Origin: the human T2T-CHM13v2.0 reference genome, Homo sapiens
NCBI RefSeq assembly: GCF_009914755.1
Contig: NC_060925.1
Length of the DNA stretch: 64,000 bases
Strand: one strand, 5' to 3'
Of this stretch, positions 22,953 through 34,450 are shown one piece after another. The position numbers and the translations under genes were made by a program. The notes beneath the pieces are model-generated. The model did not search any database, was not told the DNA's origin, and saw nothing but the letters and a program-made list of their open reading frames with translations. Each line of letters begins with the position of its first letter. The first letter of the stretch is position 1.

Positions 22953-22970
22953 GTCCCATCTGGGTCGCCA
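22953..22970 (-). other. Primer-binding site complementary to tRNA-Arg(CCG) 3' end
   Basis: Minus strand TGGCGACCCAGATGGGAC, 4 nt inside the 5' LTR boundary; the plus strand equals the recalled tRNA-Arg-CCG end GTCCCATCTGGGTCG+CCA. Confidence 0.9.
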
Positions 22971-22974
22971 ATAT

Positions 22975-23289
22975 TGTTATTGAACAATTGGCTCACTACA
23001 TGACACACACAGAAGCCAATACTATGGCACTAGCTTTTGAGAAAAGAAAAAAATATTGCATGTCAACTGTCAAGGAGATAGGCAGTGACACTCAAACCTG
23101 TCTCCCTGGTCTGGTGGGTGGGTCAAGTTTGATGGCATTTTTAACTAGTCCCAGGTGATGCCAGGCTGGTGGTGGTAACAATTAGGGTAAAGCTTTTTCC
23201 CATTATGCATGCCCAGGCAATTTTAGCTCTGTGACACCTGTAACAACTTAAGCAATTGTTAATCACTTTGAGCTGATTCTGCAGTTACA
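22975..23289 (-). mobile_element. 5' LTR of provirus (315 bp)
   Basis: TGTTA...GTTACA termini; adjacent to the PBS; homologous to 17188-17520. Confidence 0.93.
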
Positions 23290-24532
23290 GGGGATGGTGA
23301 TGAACATGTGAGGAAACCCAACATAGGCTGGAGGAGAAAATGATGGATGGGGATTAGCTCCTGAAGGGGATCACAGAAAACTTGGCTGAGCAGGTGATGT
23401 TGAGCAGGACTGAAGGCAGTGAGAGTGGGGCCTCACTGGCACCTGGGGACAATATGTGCAAAGGCTTGGCAGGGGAACTGATCTGCCCAGAGAGGATGTC
23501 CTTCCAACCACTTACATCTATGCCTCTTGGTCACATGTGGGCCCCATGCTGAGGGCCAGGGAAGGAAAGAGAAGCAAGGAGGGAGGGTCCCTGTTTTCTC
23601 AGCTTCATCAGGGAGACAGGGTTAGATACACGATGATGTTGCACAGTGGTCAGGGTGCCGACGGGGCTATTGCAGTAACAGAGAGACATGGAGGCAGTGT
23701 AAGTGGACCCAGATTGGCCTGGTTCACTTCTTGCTCTGATGCTTCCTTCTTCAGCTCCCAGAGCCTCTGTACCAGACTCCTGGTCTGGATGATCTTGGAG
23801 TCGTCTTTCCAGGCCAAGTAAGATGGATAGTTAGGTGGATGGAAGGGCAGAAGGACAGGCAGGCCTGGATCCTGGTCTCTTCTCAAGCCCCTCAGTCCCC
23901 CTGGCCTCACACTGCCTGGGTTTCTCTGAGCGCAAGATGTTCATAGCCTATTTTCAAGAGTCTGTGATGCAAATGTTCTAAGTGTCCAACATCGTCCCAT
24001 TCTAACATCCAATTGTATTCTTGTTTTGTGAAACTCACTTTGATTTTGGCTATTTTAGTATCTTTATATCCTGTATTTTGAATCTTTGAATATTATAACA
24101 TTTTGTTATTCAAATTTGTTTCAACATCCTCTGAGTCCCCCTTGGTGAATGCAGCCTTCTGTGACCCTGTGAAGTGCACACTCTCACCCACTGCTGGTGT
24201 AGACATTGAGTTCCCCCAACCTCAGTCTCCCCGAGGCTTCCAGGTACTTCCCCAATGCTATCCTTTAAATCATGTCCAGTAAACCATCCATGGTCCACTC
24301 TGGGGCCCACTTCAGACTTTCTGAATTTGTTGCCGTCACACAATATTCTTAGTCATGACCATGGCAATTAGAATGACTATGCTGGGTCATCAACTTTTGC
24401 TGGATTTAGTACTGATGGTGAGTCAGAGCCTTGCCCAATGAGTAGGCCGTCGGTCACCCTGGCTGTGCCTGACAGGTGTCCACTTGGTGGACAGCACTTG
24501 CCACAGTTATGCAGTGACTCATCCCAGGCTCC

Positions 24533-25217
24533 TGTAAACACCCAAGGAGTTTACCTTGCCCACTGCATAGACAGAGCCGATTCATCAAGGCAGGGGAATT
24601 GCAATAGAGAAAGAGTAATTCAACCAGAGCCAGCTGTGCAGGAGACCAGAGTTTTGTTATTACTCAAATCAGTCTCCCCTGAGCATTTGGAGTTTTTAAG
24701 GATAACTTGGTGGGTGGAAGGAAGCCAGTGAGCCAGGAGTGCTGATTGGTCAGGGGTGAAATCACAGGGAGGGGAAGCTGTCCTTCTGCACTGAGTCAGT
24801 TCCTGGGCGGGGGCCACAAGTTCAGATGAGCCAGTTTATTGATCTGGGTGGTGCCAGCTGATCCATCAAGTGCAGGGTCTGCAAAATATCTCAAGCACTG
24901 ATCTTAGGAGCAGTTTAGGGAAGGTCAGAATCTTGTAGCTTCCAGCTGCATGACTCCTAAACCATAATTTCTAATCTTGTGGCTAAGGTTAGTCCTACAC
25001 AGGCAATCTAGTCCCCAGGCAAGAAGGGGGTCTCCATGGGAAAGGGCTGTTATTGTCTTTGTTTTAAACTATAAACTATAAACTAAGTTTCTCCCAAAGT
25101 TAGTTCTGCCTACGCCTGGGAATGAACAAGGACAGCTTGGAGGTTAGAAGCAAGATGGAGTCGATTAAGTGAGAACTCGTTCACTGTCTCAGTCTTAATT
25201 TTGCAAAGGTGGTTTCA
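24533..25217 (-). mobile_element. Solo LTR8 (HUERS-P1, ERV1)
   Basis: Minus strand starts TGAAACCACCTTTGCAAAATTAAGACTGAGACAGTGAA (LTR8 start); TG...CA ends; perfect 4-bp TSD CTCC at 24529-24532 and 25218-25221. Confidence 0.92.
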
Positions 25218-25477
25218 CTCCCACAGGCAGAGGATGCAGCCTCTCTCAAGCAGTGCTGGCCTGTGCCACCTGGGCCCTGCAGGGAGCCCACCCAGGCTGT
25301 TTGGGTTCCTGGCTTTCCCTCCATTTCCTACCCAGAGCTTTCATGTTCTCTCTCTTCTCTGCTCTCAGGACAGCATCAGACCTTTTATCTTTGCAGGCCT
25401 CTCCTCAAGATTTTAGATTCTGATTCCAAACCCCAGTGGAGGAGGCCCAGTCTTCGTTAATGATCCCTGAGTCCCAG

Positions 25478-25685
25478 GCATAGTGTGACCTAATGGTTAG
25501 ATCACAGGCTTTGGCTAACCCTGGTCTCTTCCACTTCCCTGCTGAGACTTCAGGAAGGTTACTTAACCTCTCTGAGCTCAGTCTCCTCAGTGTGAGTTGA
25601 AGATAATAATAGCATCTACCTTGTGGGGTGGATTAAGTGTAGCAACACCGGTAACAAGCTCAGCGAGGATTCTGTTATTGTTGCT
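25478..25685 (+). mobile_element. MIR SINE
   Basis: ttacttaacctctctgagctcagtctcctca...ataataatagcatctacc. Confidence 0.8.
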
Positions 25686-25759
25686 ATCCTGATGTGTCAC
25701 AGCTGGTGATTTCTCTGCCCCGAGAGCATTCAGGTGGCCCCTCTAGGCTTCTCGCCACT

Positions 25760-25945
25760 GGAGCAGTGGGAAGAAAATGGGCCCCGGAGCCCACAGACTC
25801 AGGTTCAGGTTCAGCCTCCAGCACTCACTCAATGTGTGTCTTGGGCAAGTGGCTTAACCTTTGTGAGCCCCATTGGTTTTTCCCTCTGTAAATTGGCAAG
25901 CTAATACTGAGCACATAGGGTTATTGTGAGGACTTCATGAAGGTA
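25760..25945 (+). mobile_element. MIR SINE
   Basis: tgtgtcttgggcaagtggcttaacctttgtgagcc...catagggttattgtgagga. Confidence 0.82.
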
Positions 25946-26284
25946 CATCAGATGGAGGCAGATTCCTGGGCTCAAACGACACTTTCGAGGCATACTTGGG
26001 GGTGGGACTCTGAACAAAACAGAGTTTTGTTCTGTTCCTCGCTGTTCCTCGCATCCTTATCTGTAACATGGAGACTGGGAGTCTCTGCTTCATAGGATGC
26101 TGTGGGGACTCCAGGACCTAAGAGAGCCCTCAATGCATGTTAACTGGCATTGTAACTTTCATCATCATCATTATTGTTGTTATTATTACTCTGTTTGCAG
26201 GCAAGCACCCCATCTTATCTTCCTGCATCAAGCCTCTGGCACAGGGTCTGGGCATAGTAAAGACTTGACACTCACCGGAGCAGG

Positions 26285-26530
26285 AAGAGAAGGGACCTGG
26301 GAGCAGACTGCCTGGGTTCAAGGTCTAGCTCCACCACTTCTGAGCTGTGTGGCCATGGACAAGTTTCTAAACCTTTCTGAACTTCAGCATCTTCATCTGT
26401 AAAATAGGCGAGAGGAGTGGATAACAATAGGACCTCCTTCATGGAGTTGTTGAAATAACTAAGTGAACTAATGCATGAAAAGTACTTAGCACAGTGCCTG
26501 GCACACAGTAAGTGCCAAGCCAGTGCTAGC
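26285..26530 (+). mobile_element. MIR SINE
   Basis: cagactgcctgggttcaa...gctgtgtggccatggacaag...catctgtaaaat...cttagcacagtgcctggcacacagtaagtgc. Confidence 0.9.
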
Positions 26531-27045
26531 TTTGATTCTTCCTGGCCCCAAAGGAATGTTGGCACTGAGGGGCTTCTAAAGATCTCCTTTTCAGCCACTA
26601 CTCTGCTTTGAGATGAAGAAACTGAGGCCAAAAGACATTAAATTAAACGTTTGGCAATAAGACAGTATATGGCTGTGCTAAATTATGCAGGGCAGACAAT
26701 TAGAGAACAAAATGATCTGTAATAAAGGGCTAATTGGGCGGGACAGATGCTAAGTGGACCAGGAGACTGAGATGAAGGAGAGAAAAATGCAGCCTGGAAC
26801 GAGGATGGCCTCGGCCAGGGCCCAGGTGTTCTTGTTAATGACATTGATGTTTCCTCCTAACACAGCCATGCATCCTTACTGTGAAGCATTTGGCAAGTGA
26901 AGGCATTTATATAAGAGAGTATATAACTCATCTTGTGTCTTGTCTTTCAAAGATAGTAGTTTTTCCTGATTAATATCTTTCTTCATTTATTTGTCTCTTC
27001 ATATACAAGTATATATTTTCATAATTGCTTTCCCATTGGCATGGC

Positions 27046-27425
27046 TGTCAGGATAGACTAGGATATGATTAAAAAAACAAGCAACCCCCCAAAATAACAA
27101 AGATTGTTTCTTGCTCTTGCTACATGTCCTCAGTGGTCTGCAGGGAGGGCGTGGTCATCACAGACAGCAGGGACTGTCACCGATGGAGGCTCCACTGTCT
27201 GAGGATGTCAACGTCTCCACATGTACTTCTAAAGTCACCGTGACAGGGAAGGAGGACAGGGGGAGCTGAGCGCTGACTCAAATGCTCTCACCTGGAAGGG
27301 ACACTCACTGCCTCTATTCATACTTCATTGTCCAGTGCAAGTCTTATGGCCACCCTGACGTGAAGGCCGCGGGAGATACCGTTCTCCTCCGGGTCCAGAT
27401 AAAGAAGTGGATACTGGTGGACCCA
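27046..27425 (-). mobile_element. LTR33-like ERVL solo LTR
   Basis: tgtcaggatagactagg...tttcttgctcttgctacatgtcc...cctggaagggacac...cattgtccagtgcaagtcttatggccac. Confidence 0.7.
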
Positions 27426-29189
27426 GCTGTGTCCTTCCATGTGCAGATACAGATCTGAGGCTTTCCTACCTGACACTCCAGGCCGATCAGTTTCCCATTG
27501 CATTGTATATTCTTGGAAATTGTCCATGTGATTAGTAATCTATAATTTATTTAACAATCTCCTATGTATATAATTTGGATGGTTATATTTTTTACTGTCA
27601 TAACACTGCAATAAATATTTTCATTCTTCAGCCTTCTAAATTTCTATTTTGTTAGAATAGCCTCCTATAAGAGATGTTGGTAAAATAGTATGAATTTATA
27701 GAAATTACACGTGGCTAAGACTTAGGGAGTGAATAGTCTTCCTGGTAAATGGGAGGTTGTGAATGATCAGATCACTTGCTCTCCTTACCAGCACTGTCAC
27801 TGGGTCAGCAGGAAGGTCTCTCACAGCAGCTCTGCTGGCCAAGGAGGGGAGCGCCTGGGCTATGGGCTCAGGACCTTCACTGTCCATGCACTGGCAGTAA
27901 CTCAGCTGGGCCAGTTGGCTCTCAAGCCTGAGTCCACCCCTGTAGGATGAGGGCCATGATGCTCTCTGTCCGATTCACTCTTCAGGAAACAGGATCTGCG
28001 AGGGGCCTGGTAAAGTGCAGACCTTGTCGGGGTTACCAGTTGCTAGAACCATCCTTATCCAGGTGGGAGGCAGTGGGTGGTGTCACATGGCCAAGCAGAG
28101 GCGGGGCCAGTGGAACCCCCCTGTCTTGCCCAGGCTCTCCTTCCTCATGTGGCTTTGTGCACCTTATGGCATCTCAGAGATATGTGGAGGGAGTTGGGCA
28201 CCTCTCAAGGGTGGAGGAAGGGGTGGCACCAAATTCCCAGATGACCATCAAATCAGGATGAAAGTTGTGAAAGTTATCTGTGCAAAAATGCTAGGCTGAA
28301 AATAAAAGCAAGAAAAGCCTCTGTCTCCTGTCCTGAGAGAGATTGTGTGGGAACAGCCAGTGCCTAGGGGGCAAGAGAGGCTGAGCAGGGAAGTGAGCAG
28401 TGAAGAGTCAGTGTGGGCAGAGTCACTGACCTTGGTCTCCCACCCAGGGCATTTGGGGCAAGTTTGGCCCCACCTCCTGCATGGCCAAGACCTACATCTC
28501 TGGATGGAAGTTCCACATCCCACAGCTGAATGGAGAGCTCTGATCCTGTCTGGCTTCACACTAAATGATCTCTGAGTTTTCTACTGGTGTCAGTCCCATT
28601 TTCCTGGGCAGGGGTTGTGGGGCTGAAGGCCTCAGGGCTGGATGGAGAAAAGGGAAAAAAAATGCTATCACAGGAGATGATGAGGCTGGTCTATTAGTAA
28701 GTGGATGGAACCAAGTCCTAGTGAAGAATTTGCTTAAATGACTTGTTCACAGCATCTCCCTGTAATCGCTCTCATGCTCCATGGACACTTTTCTTATCTC
28801 CATCCACCCCCGTACCCCCACAATGCTTTAGTCTTTTTTACCACTTTTTTGCTTAACAACAAGACAACACTGTTTGCCACATCATCTTCATAAAGATCCT
28901 CCAAGAGAAACGCAGCAGTGCTGACTGTGGAACCAATGAAACCGTTTTGTAAATTACTGAAAGTGAGGAGAAATTAGAGCAGCATTTATGTCTACTGCAG
29001 CTGGAGATGGAGAGAAAGGTGGTCTGGGTGGGGTTGAGGCTGTGGGTGGAGAGTCTTCCTTAGTCATAGTAGTGGAGGCAGCATGGACAGTGGAGAGAGT
29101 CCTGCACTGGGGGCCCAGGGCCTGGAGTCAGGGTTCTGCTGGGTACTGAGCTTTGAAGAACCCCTGGGCCTCCACCTAGAACCCTCTGA

Positions 29190-29390
29190 ATGTGCACATA
29201 GGTGTGTAGATATATGCAGTGCGTACACAGACACATGCAGCCACACACAGATTTACACAGACACACAAAACACACACATAGATCCACATAAACATCCCCC
29301 ATGCACATGCAGACACAATGACAAACATTGCGTGCACACACATGCACACTGGAATGCATGTGCATGAATTCACATTACAGGCAGACACAT
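29190..29390. repeat. Degenerate (CA)-rich low-complexity tract
   Basis: cacacacag/cacatgca-type motifs throughout. Confidence 0.8.
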
Positions 29391-29859
29391 GTCCACTTGG
29401 CCAAGGTCAGAGACAGAGGTAGATTTTGAAGCCTGATCTGCAGGAGAGGTGAGCCTGTCAGGCAGAGGGGAGTGGGGGGCTGTGAGTGTCAGCACCCTCC
29501 CTCCCACCCATGGGGTGGATCTGAGTACCTGGACAGTGCTGCCATTCCCACCCTCTCAGGAGTCAGGAATGCATTCTGCTCTCTCAGCCCTGAGGAGTCC
29601 CCTGCCCTGAGTCCCCACTCCTGCTCTTCCCCTGACTGCCCTGAGCTAACAGGCACAGATACTGCCCTCTCTGGCTCCTTGGCCAAGAGTAAAGTGCTCT
29701 ACGCATGTGACAATATGCAGCAAGTGCACAACTGTGCCAGGCAGGACTTGGCCCTGGTGACGGGTACAGATTTGTCAGGCTAAGGATTTGCCAGGGCACC
29801 AGAGAGTCAGCAGCCAAACAAGGATATGACCCACCTATTAGGTAATTTTCTGCTGCCCT

Positions 29860-30203
29860 TGACCTAAGGATGTGTGATTTCAAGGGAGGAGGAAGCGTCA
29901 TTCCGATGAGAGCGGAGAGGCAGGAAAAACACGCTGTAGAGAGAATAAAACAGGTGCATGGAGAGAAGTGGAGATGAGCTGCAGGGTGGGGTGGGCAGGT
30001 GAGTGGCTGTCTGGGGTCCCAGCTGGCATTCCAGGCCCTGGTTCCAGGCTCCGGTAGGCTGGTCTTCTGTAAGTTCCATTAGAAACTTCCCCTCTTCCCT
30101 GCCCTCCTCCAGCCTAGTACAATACCCCTCCACACACAATTTTTCTTTGCCTAAGCTAGAATGAATGGTTTTTCTGTTACTTGCAAAGAGCCCTGACTCA
30201 GAC
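29860..30203 (+). mobile_element. Old MaLR LTR (MLT1J/K-like) 3' part
   Basis: Ends ttgcctaagctag...tttctgttacttgcaaagagccctgactcagaca. Confidence 0.55.
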
Positions 30204-30429
30204 ACCAGGCAAACCTATTTATTTTTAAAACTCCTTAAAAAAAAAGCATCATTTCCAACAATGAATGTATTTTGCTCAGAGAGGCCTTGTCAAATAAGAG
30301 GAATGAGGCATTTGCAAACCTACATGAAAATTAAACCCACAATCTGGGTACACACTTGTTTGACAAGTGATAATTAACTGTTGACAATATAATTCAGTTT
30401 GAATGCAAGTGTGTTTTTCATTAAAAAGT

Positions 30430-30735
30430 AATCAAAGAAGAAGATATATGAATGGCCAATAAATCAAGAGAACATGCTCAACATCATTAGTCATCAAATA
30501 AATGCAAATTAAAGCTACAATGAGATGCCATTCTACACCCACCAGACTGGCTAAAATTAAAAAGACTGAAAATAACAAGTATTGGTGAGAATGTGGAAGA
30601 ACTAACTCCTCATACATTGCTGGTGGGAATATAAAATGTTAGACTGCAGAAAACAGTCTGGCATTTTTTTTTTTTTAAAGTTAACATGCATCTACCATGA
30701 TCCGGCCACTCTGCTCCATAGGTGTTTATCCAAGA
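30430..30735 (+). mobile_element. Old L1 (L1M) ORF2 3' fragment
   Basis: aagaagatatatgaatggccaataa...tgctcaacatcattagtcatca...aatgcaaattaaa...ctcatacattgctggtgggaat. Confidence 0.9.
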
Positions 30736-31069
30736 CTCTATGCTTGACTGTGGCACTCAGCTCTCCCGCTAAAAAGATTTTCAGAATAGGTGCTGAGTGT
30801 CCACCGCTCCCTGCTGGGACTGGACGTAGGCTCTGGAAAGAACGCTGGGATTATAGGTCTCTGTGCCTTCTGTGTGTCTCACAGACCAAGTGCAGTCCTT
30901 AGCAGGTGGATCAGCTAGTCTACCTCTTGCTAAGGGACCAGCTTCCTCCTCTGGGCATGCTCGGGCCTGAATGTGCCCGCAGCCAACTGGCAGGGCACCA
31001 GCATTGACTCCAACTCAGGGAAGGAGATGGGTGTCTCATCTCTCCAGCCCCTACCATACCACAGGTCCT

Positions 31070-31220
31070 GCAGGTGTCATATCCTATTCCTCATTTTACA
31101 GAGGAGAAAATGGAGGCTTAGAGACATGCACTCACCCGTTCAAGGCCACACAGCTGGTGAGGGACCAAATGGAGAGAGAGGTGAACTCTGACTTGCCTGA
31201 CTCTCAAGTCTGGGCACACA
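31070..31220 (-). mobile_element. MIR SINE
   Basis: cctcattttacagaggagaaaatggaggcttagag...caaggccacacagctgg. Confidence 0.82.
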
Positions 31221-31249
31221 CGCTGCCACTTCCCCTTCCTTTAATCCAT

Positions 31250-31395
31250 TCAACTCCTCTGTGTCTCAGTTTTCTCATCTGTAAAATGGGGATAAAAATG
31301 ATACTTGCCTCACAGGTTTGTTATGAAGACTAAATAAATTAACGCACAGAGCAGTGCCTCGTACATAGAAATGTCTCAATTAATATTTGCTGTGA
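31250..31395 (+). mobile_element. MIR SINE
   Basis: ctctgtgtctcagttttctcatctgtaaaatggggataa. Confidence 0.88.
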
Positions 31396-33384
31396 CACTT
31401 ATTAATTAGTTCAGATAATAAATAATATCATTATACCACCTTTATTCCTTCCCTCTACGGGGCTAATTGGCTTTTCCCCCTTAATCATCTCTGTATCCCT
31501 CTCTGGACTTTGTCCTGGAAAGGGACCCTGTGACATTGAGAATAGGGTGGGCATGTGTTTCCTAGCCTATGCAGGTTAGACTCTCAGACAGACATCTGAG
31601 AAACCAATAGCCGAAACTGCCAACCACTTAAAAGAAGAATCTAACAGTGTGAAAAGGGCTTTAAATGCCCGTGTTTAATTGCGTACAAGGAGTTTGATCT
31701 CATTTCATAGGAGCCACTTCTATTTCTCTTTCCTTTCTGGAAATTCTTCTTCTAAGAGCAATTTGTGATGATCAGGGACAATTTGAAGAATGTGGCAAAC
31801 TTGAGAAGGGGAGTCCCGCCTCCCTCTGGGGCTGCGCTTCTCCAGCTCTCCCTCTCTTCTGGAAGCAGCAGAAACCCCCAGGTCATAAAGGCAGGCTGGA
31901 TGCATGGCGTTCCCCCTGCGGGATGGACAGCAGGGATGCATCCAGTCTGTGATCAAGGGACCTGCGTTCTGCGGGCAGCCTCTGTGGGACTGGGTCCCTG
32001 TTGTCCCTGGAGTGGAAGAGTTGGGCTCTGAGATCACTCCGCAAGCTGAACTCTTGTCAAAGCTGGCCCCCTGTTGGGGTCAGTGTGGACACTCAGGCAC
32101 ATCTTATTTCCTCAGAGCAAAGCTCCTGGCCCCTCATTCAGAGCCTGGCGATAGGTACTTTATCACAGTCCAAACGGCTTTTCTCACCTCTCTAGGCTCA
32201 CAGCTGCTAGAGGCATCAGACAGAAGTGGGAGAGGGGCCGAGTGAGGCAGATACCGAGGGAGTAAACTGGGTGGACGGATGGGCCGGGAGTGAGGCAGGA
32301 TCTGGACAACCACGAGCAGACGGAGGAGCATTTGGTGAGTGGCCATGTGTCTTTCAAACCATATTGTGTTTATAAAGGCAGTTTACAAAACACACAGTAT
32401 GTGATAGGGTTAATTTGTTCTTCCAACCAATGCCTACTGAGCACCTATTACGTGCCAGGCCCCATGCCGGTGCTGTGATGCACCGAGAAGCGAGACTCGG
32501 TCCCTACCCTCAGTTTGGGGAGGGGGCACACGTCAAGAAAAGACCCCGTTGCCACCCCACAATGAAGGATGTGCCCTTGCGGTGGGGACATGGTGGGGGT
32601 GTCTGTGTGACTAACGCTGACTCTGTTCCAGGCCTGCAGTCAGATCTCCTAATGTCCTAGTGAGTTTGGGGATTTAGGGAATCATCCTCGTTTAACAGGG
32701 AAAGTGACCAAGGCTCAGATGGGGAAATACTTGTCTGATCTTCTGGACCCAGGTTTTCCGAGTTCTCAACCCGATCATTGGCCTCAGTCAGCAACACTCG
32801 GCCTCGGGGTCTCACAGGACGATCGCAGCCACAGCCTCAACCCATCCTCATTCCTGGGCCACGCTGCCAACTTTCTCATACTGACATTAATTACACTTCC
32901 TGGAGGTTAATTTGTAAGGAGACAGTAAAAATGTGTTGTTTAAATAGTGATTACTAAAATCATCCTGGGGTTTTGCTACATAATAGGTAATTATCTGTAA
33001 CATAATTGGGAAAACAACGCAGTCAATTCCGTTTAGCTCTTTCCACAGAACACAGAGTTAATCCTGGGGAGCATACTCAGCATACTCAAAAAAAAAAAGA
33101 AAGCTCAGTGTGACTGCTGGGGTGGGGAAAGGATTGGAGGGGCCTGGCATACTCAGTGTGATATTTGCTCAAGCATACTCTTATTACATCTGAATTGAAG
33201 TCACTTTAGGAACCTTCGGTGGGAGGAAAACATGCTGATTGGCTAAGACCTGGGTCCCAGATGTCTGAGTGGAGACGCTTTCCTCCAAAGTGGGAGTTTT
33301 CTGCTCCACGAATGACACTGCCTCATGTCCAGCAAGAACACATTGAAACATTTGTCCACGTAGGCCTTAGGCATTTGCACAATT

Positions 33385-33670
33385 ACTCTTTCGCTTATTG
33401 TTTTTTTATACCCATTCATTTGGCTCTTTGGTATTTTTCATTTGTTCATTTTTTCTTTCATTCATTTTACTCATACAGCCATCATGCGTGAATGTATTCC
33501 TTGATGCACACCTTGGTTTATTTGTTTCTGCTTCCATTGATTGTTCTTTCATTTTGTCACTGCATTCATTCATGGATTCATGGTTCCTCGGTCCATTCAT
33601 TTATTCAATGCTTCATGCAGTTGTCAATTTGTTCATTCGTTCATCATTCAACAATGAATGATTTGATCAT
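33385..33670. repeat. Degenerate (TTCA)n low-complexity tract, probably an expanded L2 tail
   Basis: Repeated cattcattc/ttcattt motifs. Confidence 0.7.
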
Positions 33671-33769
33671 ATACAGTGTGTTGGGTGTGTCTGTCAGGTG
33701 TGAGTGCAGCCAGGCCCACTGGCATATTCTGGGCATTTCACTAAAAAGGGCCCTGGGGCTTATCTTTTT

Positions 33770-34450
33770 TTTTTTTTAAAGCAAACCTCTTAGTGTAGCC
33801 TAATGAAATGTGAGACTTACACAGAAGAGAGTACACAAATGGTAAGCGTATGGCTAAAGAACTCTCTGAAACTAAATACACCTATGGGACCAGTGCAGAT
33901 CGAGAAAGAGAATGTTACCAGGACTCCAGGAGTCCCCTCACACCCCTGCTTGTCACTCTTCCTCTAGGTCAGGACAGGTGAGAAGCGCCCTGCCTTCTAA
34001 CCCTGCGTATCATCTGTGCCTGTTCCAGAACTTCATGCAAATGCACTCACACTGTCCGGTGCTCCTATGTGTCTCATTTCCACTTTGCTCAACATCATGT
34101 GTATGTTTTATCCAGGTCAGCGTGTTAAGTTGGACACTGTTGATTCTTATTGATGTGTGATGTTTGTATGTTGTATGAATATGCAGCTATTTGTTTACCC
34201 ATCTAACTCTAGATGAGATCTGAGTACTTTCCAGTTTAGGGCTGTTAGGAACAGGGCTGCTATGAAGTTCTTGCAAGTGCTTTTTGGTGAACATATGGGT
34301 GAATTTCTGCTGGGCAGATACGAGTGGAATTTCTGAGTCATCAATTACACACAGGTTCAGCATCAAGAGAGACTGCCGAACAGTTGTGCAAAGTGGTGCC
34401 TCCAATTTAGACTCCCACCAGCAGTGTATGAGGCTTTGCCCACCGACTTG
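33770..34450 (-). mobile_element. Old L1 (L1M) 3' region
   Basis: tttccagtttagggctgtta...gctgctatgaa...agtggaatttctgagtca...actcccaccagcagtgtatgagg. Confidence 0.8.

Larger units (their letters stand above)
17188..23289 (-). mobile_element. Class I (ERV1, gamma-like) endogenous provirus with two LTRs, internally deleted and non-coding
   Basis: Related LTRs at both ends (TGTTA...CA), PBS, PPT, gag/pro/RT/RNaseH/IN motifs in the correct order on the minus strand, near-TSD GAGG/GGGG. Confidence 0.95.

Noticed and set aside
22953-22970. tRNA gene
   Set aside because: Only the 18-nt 3'-end match including CCA next to an LTR; no cloverleaf or A/B boxes. It is a PBS.
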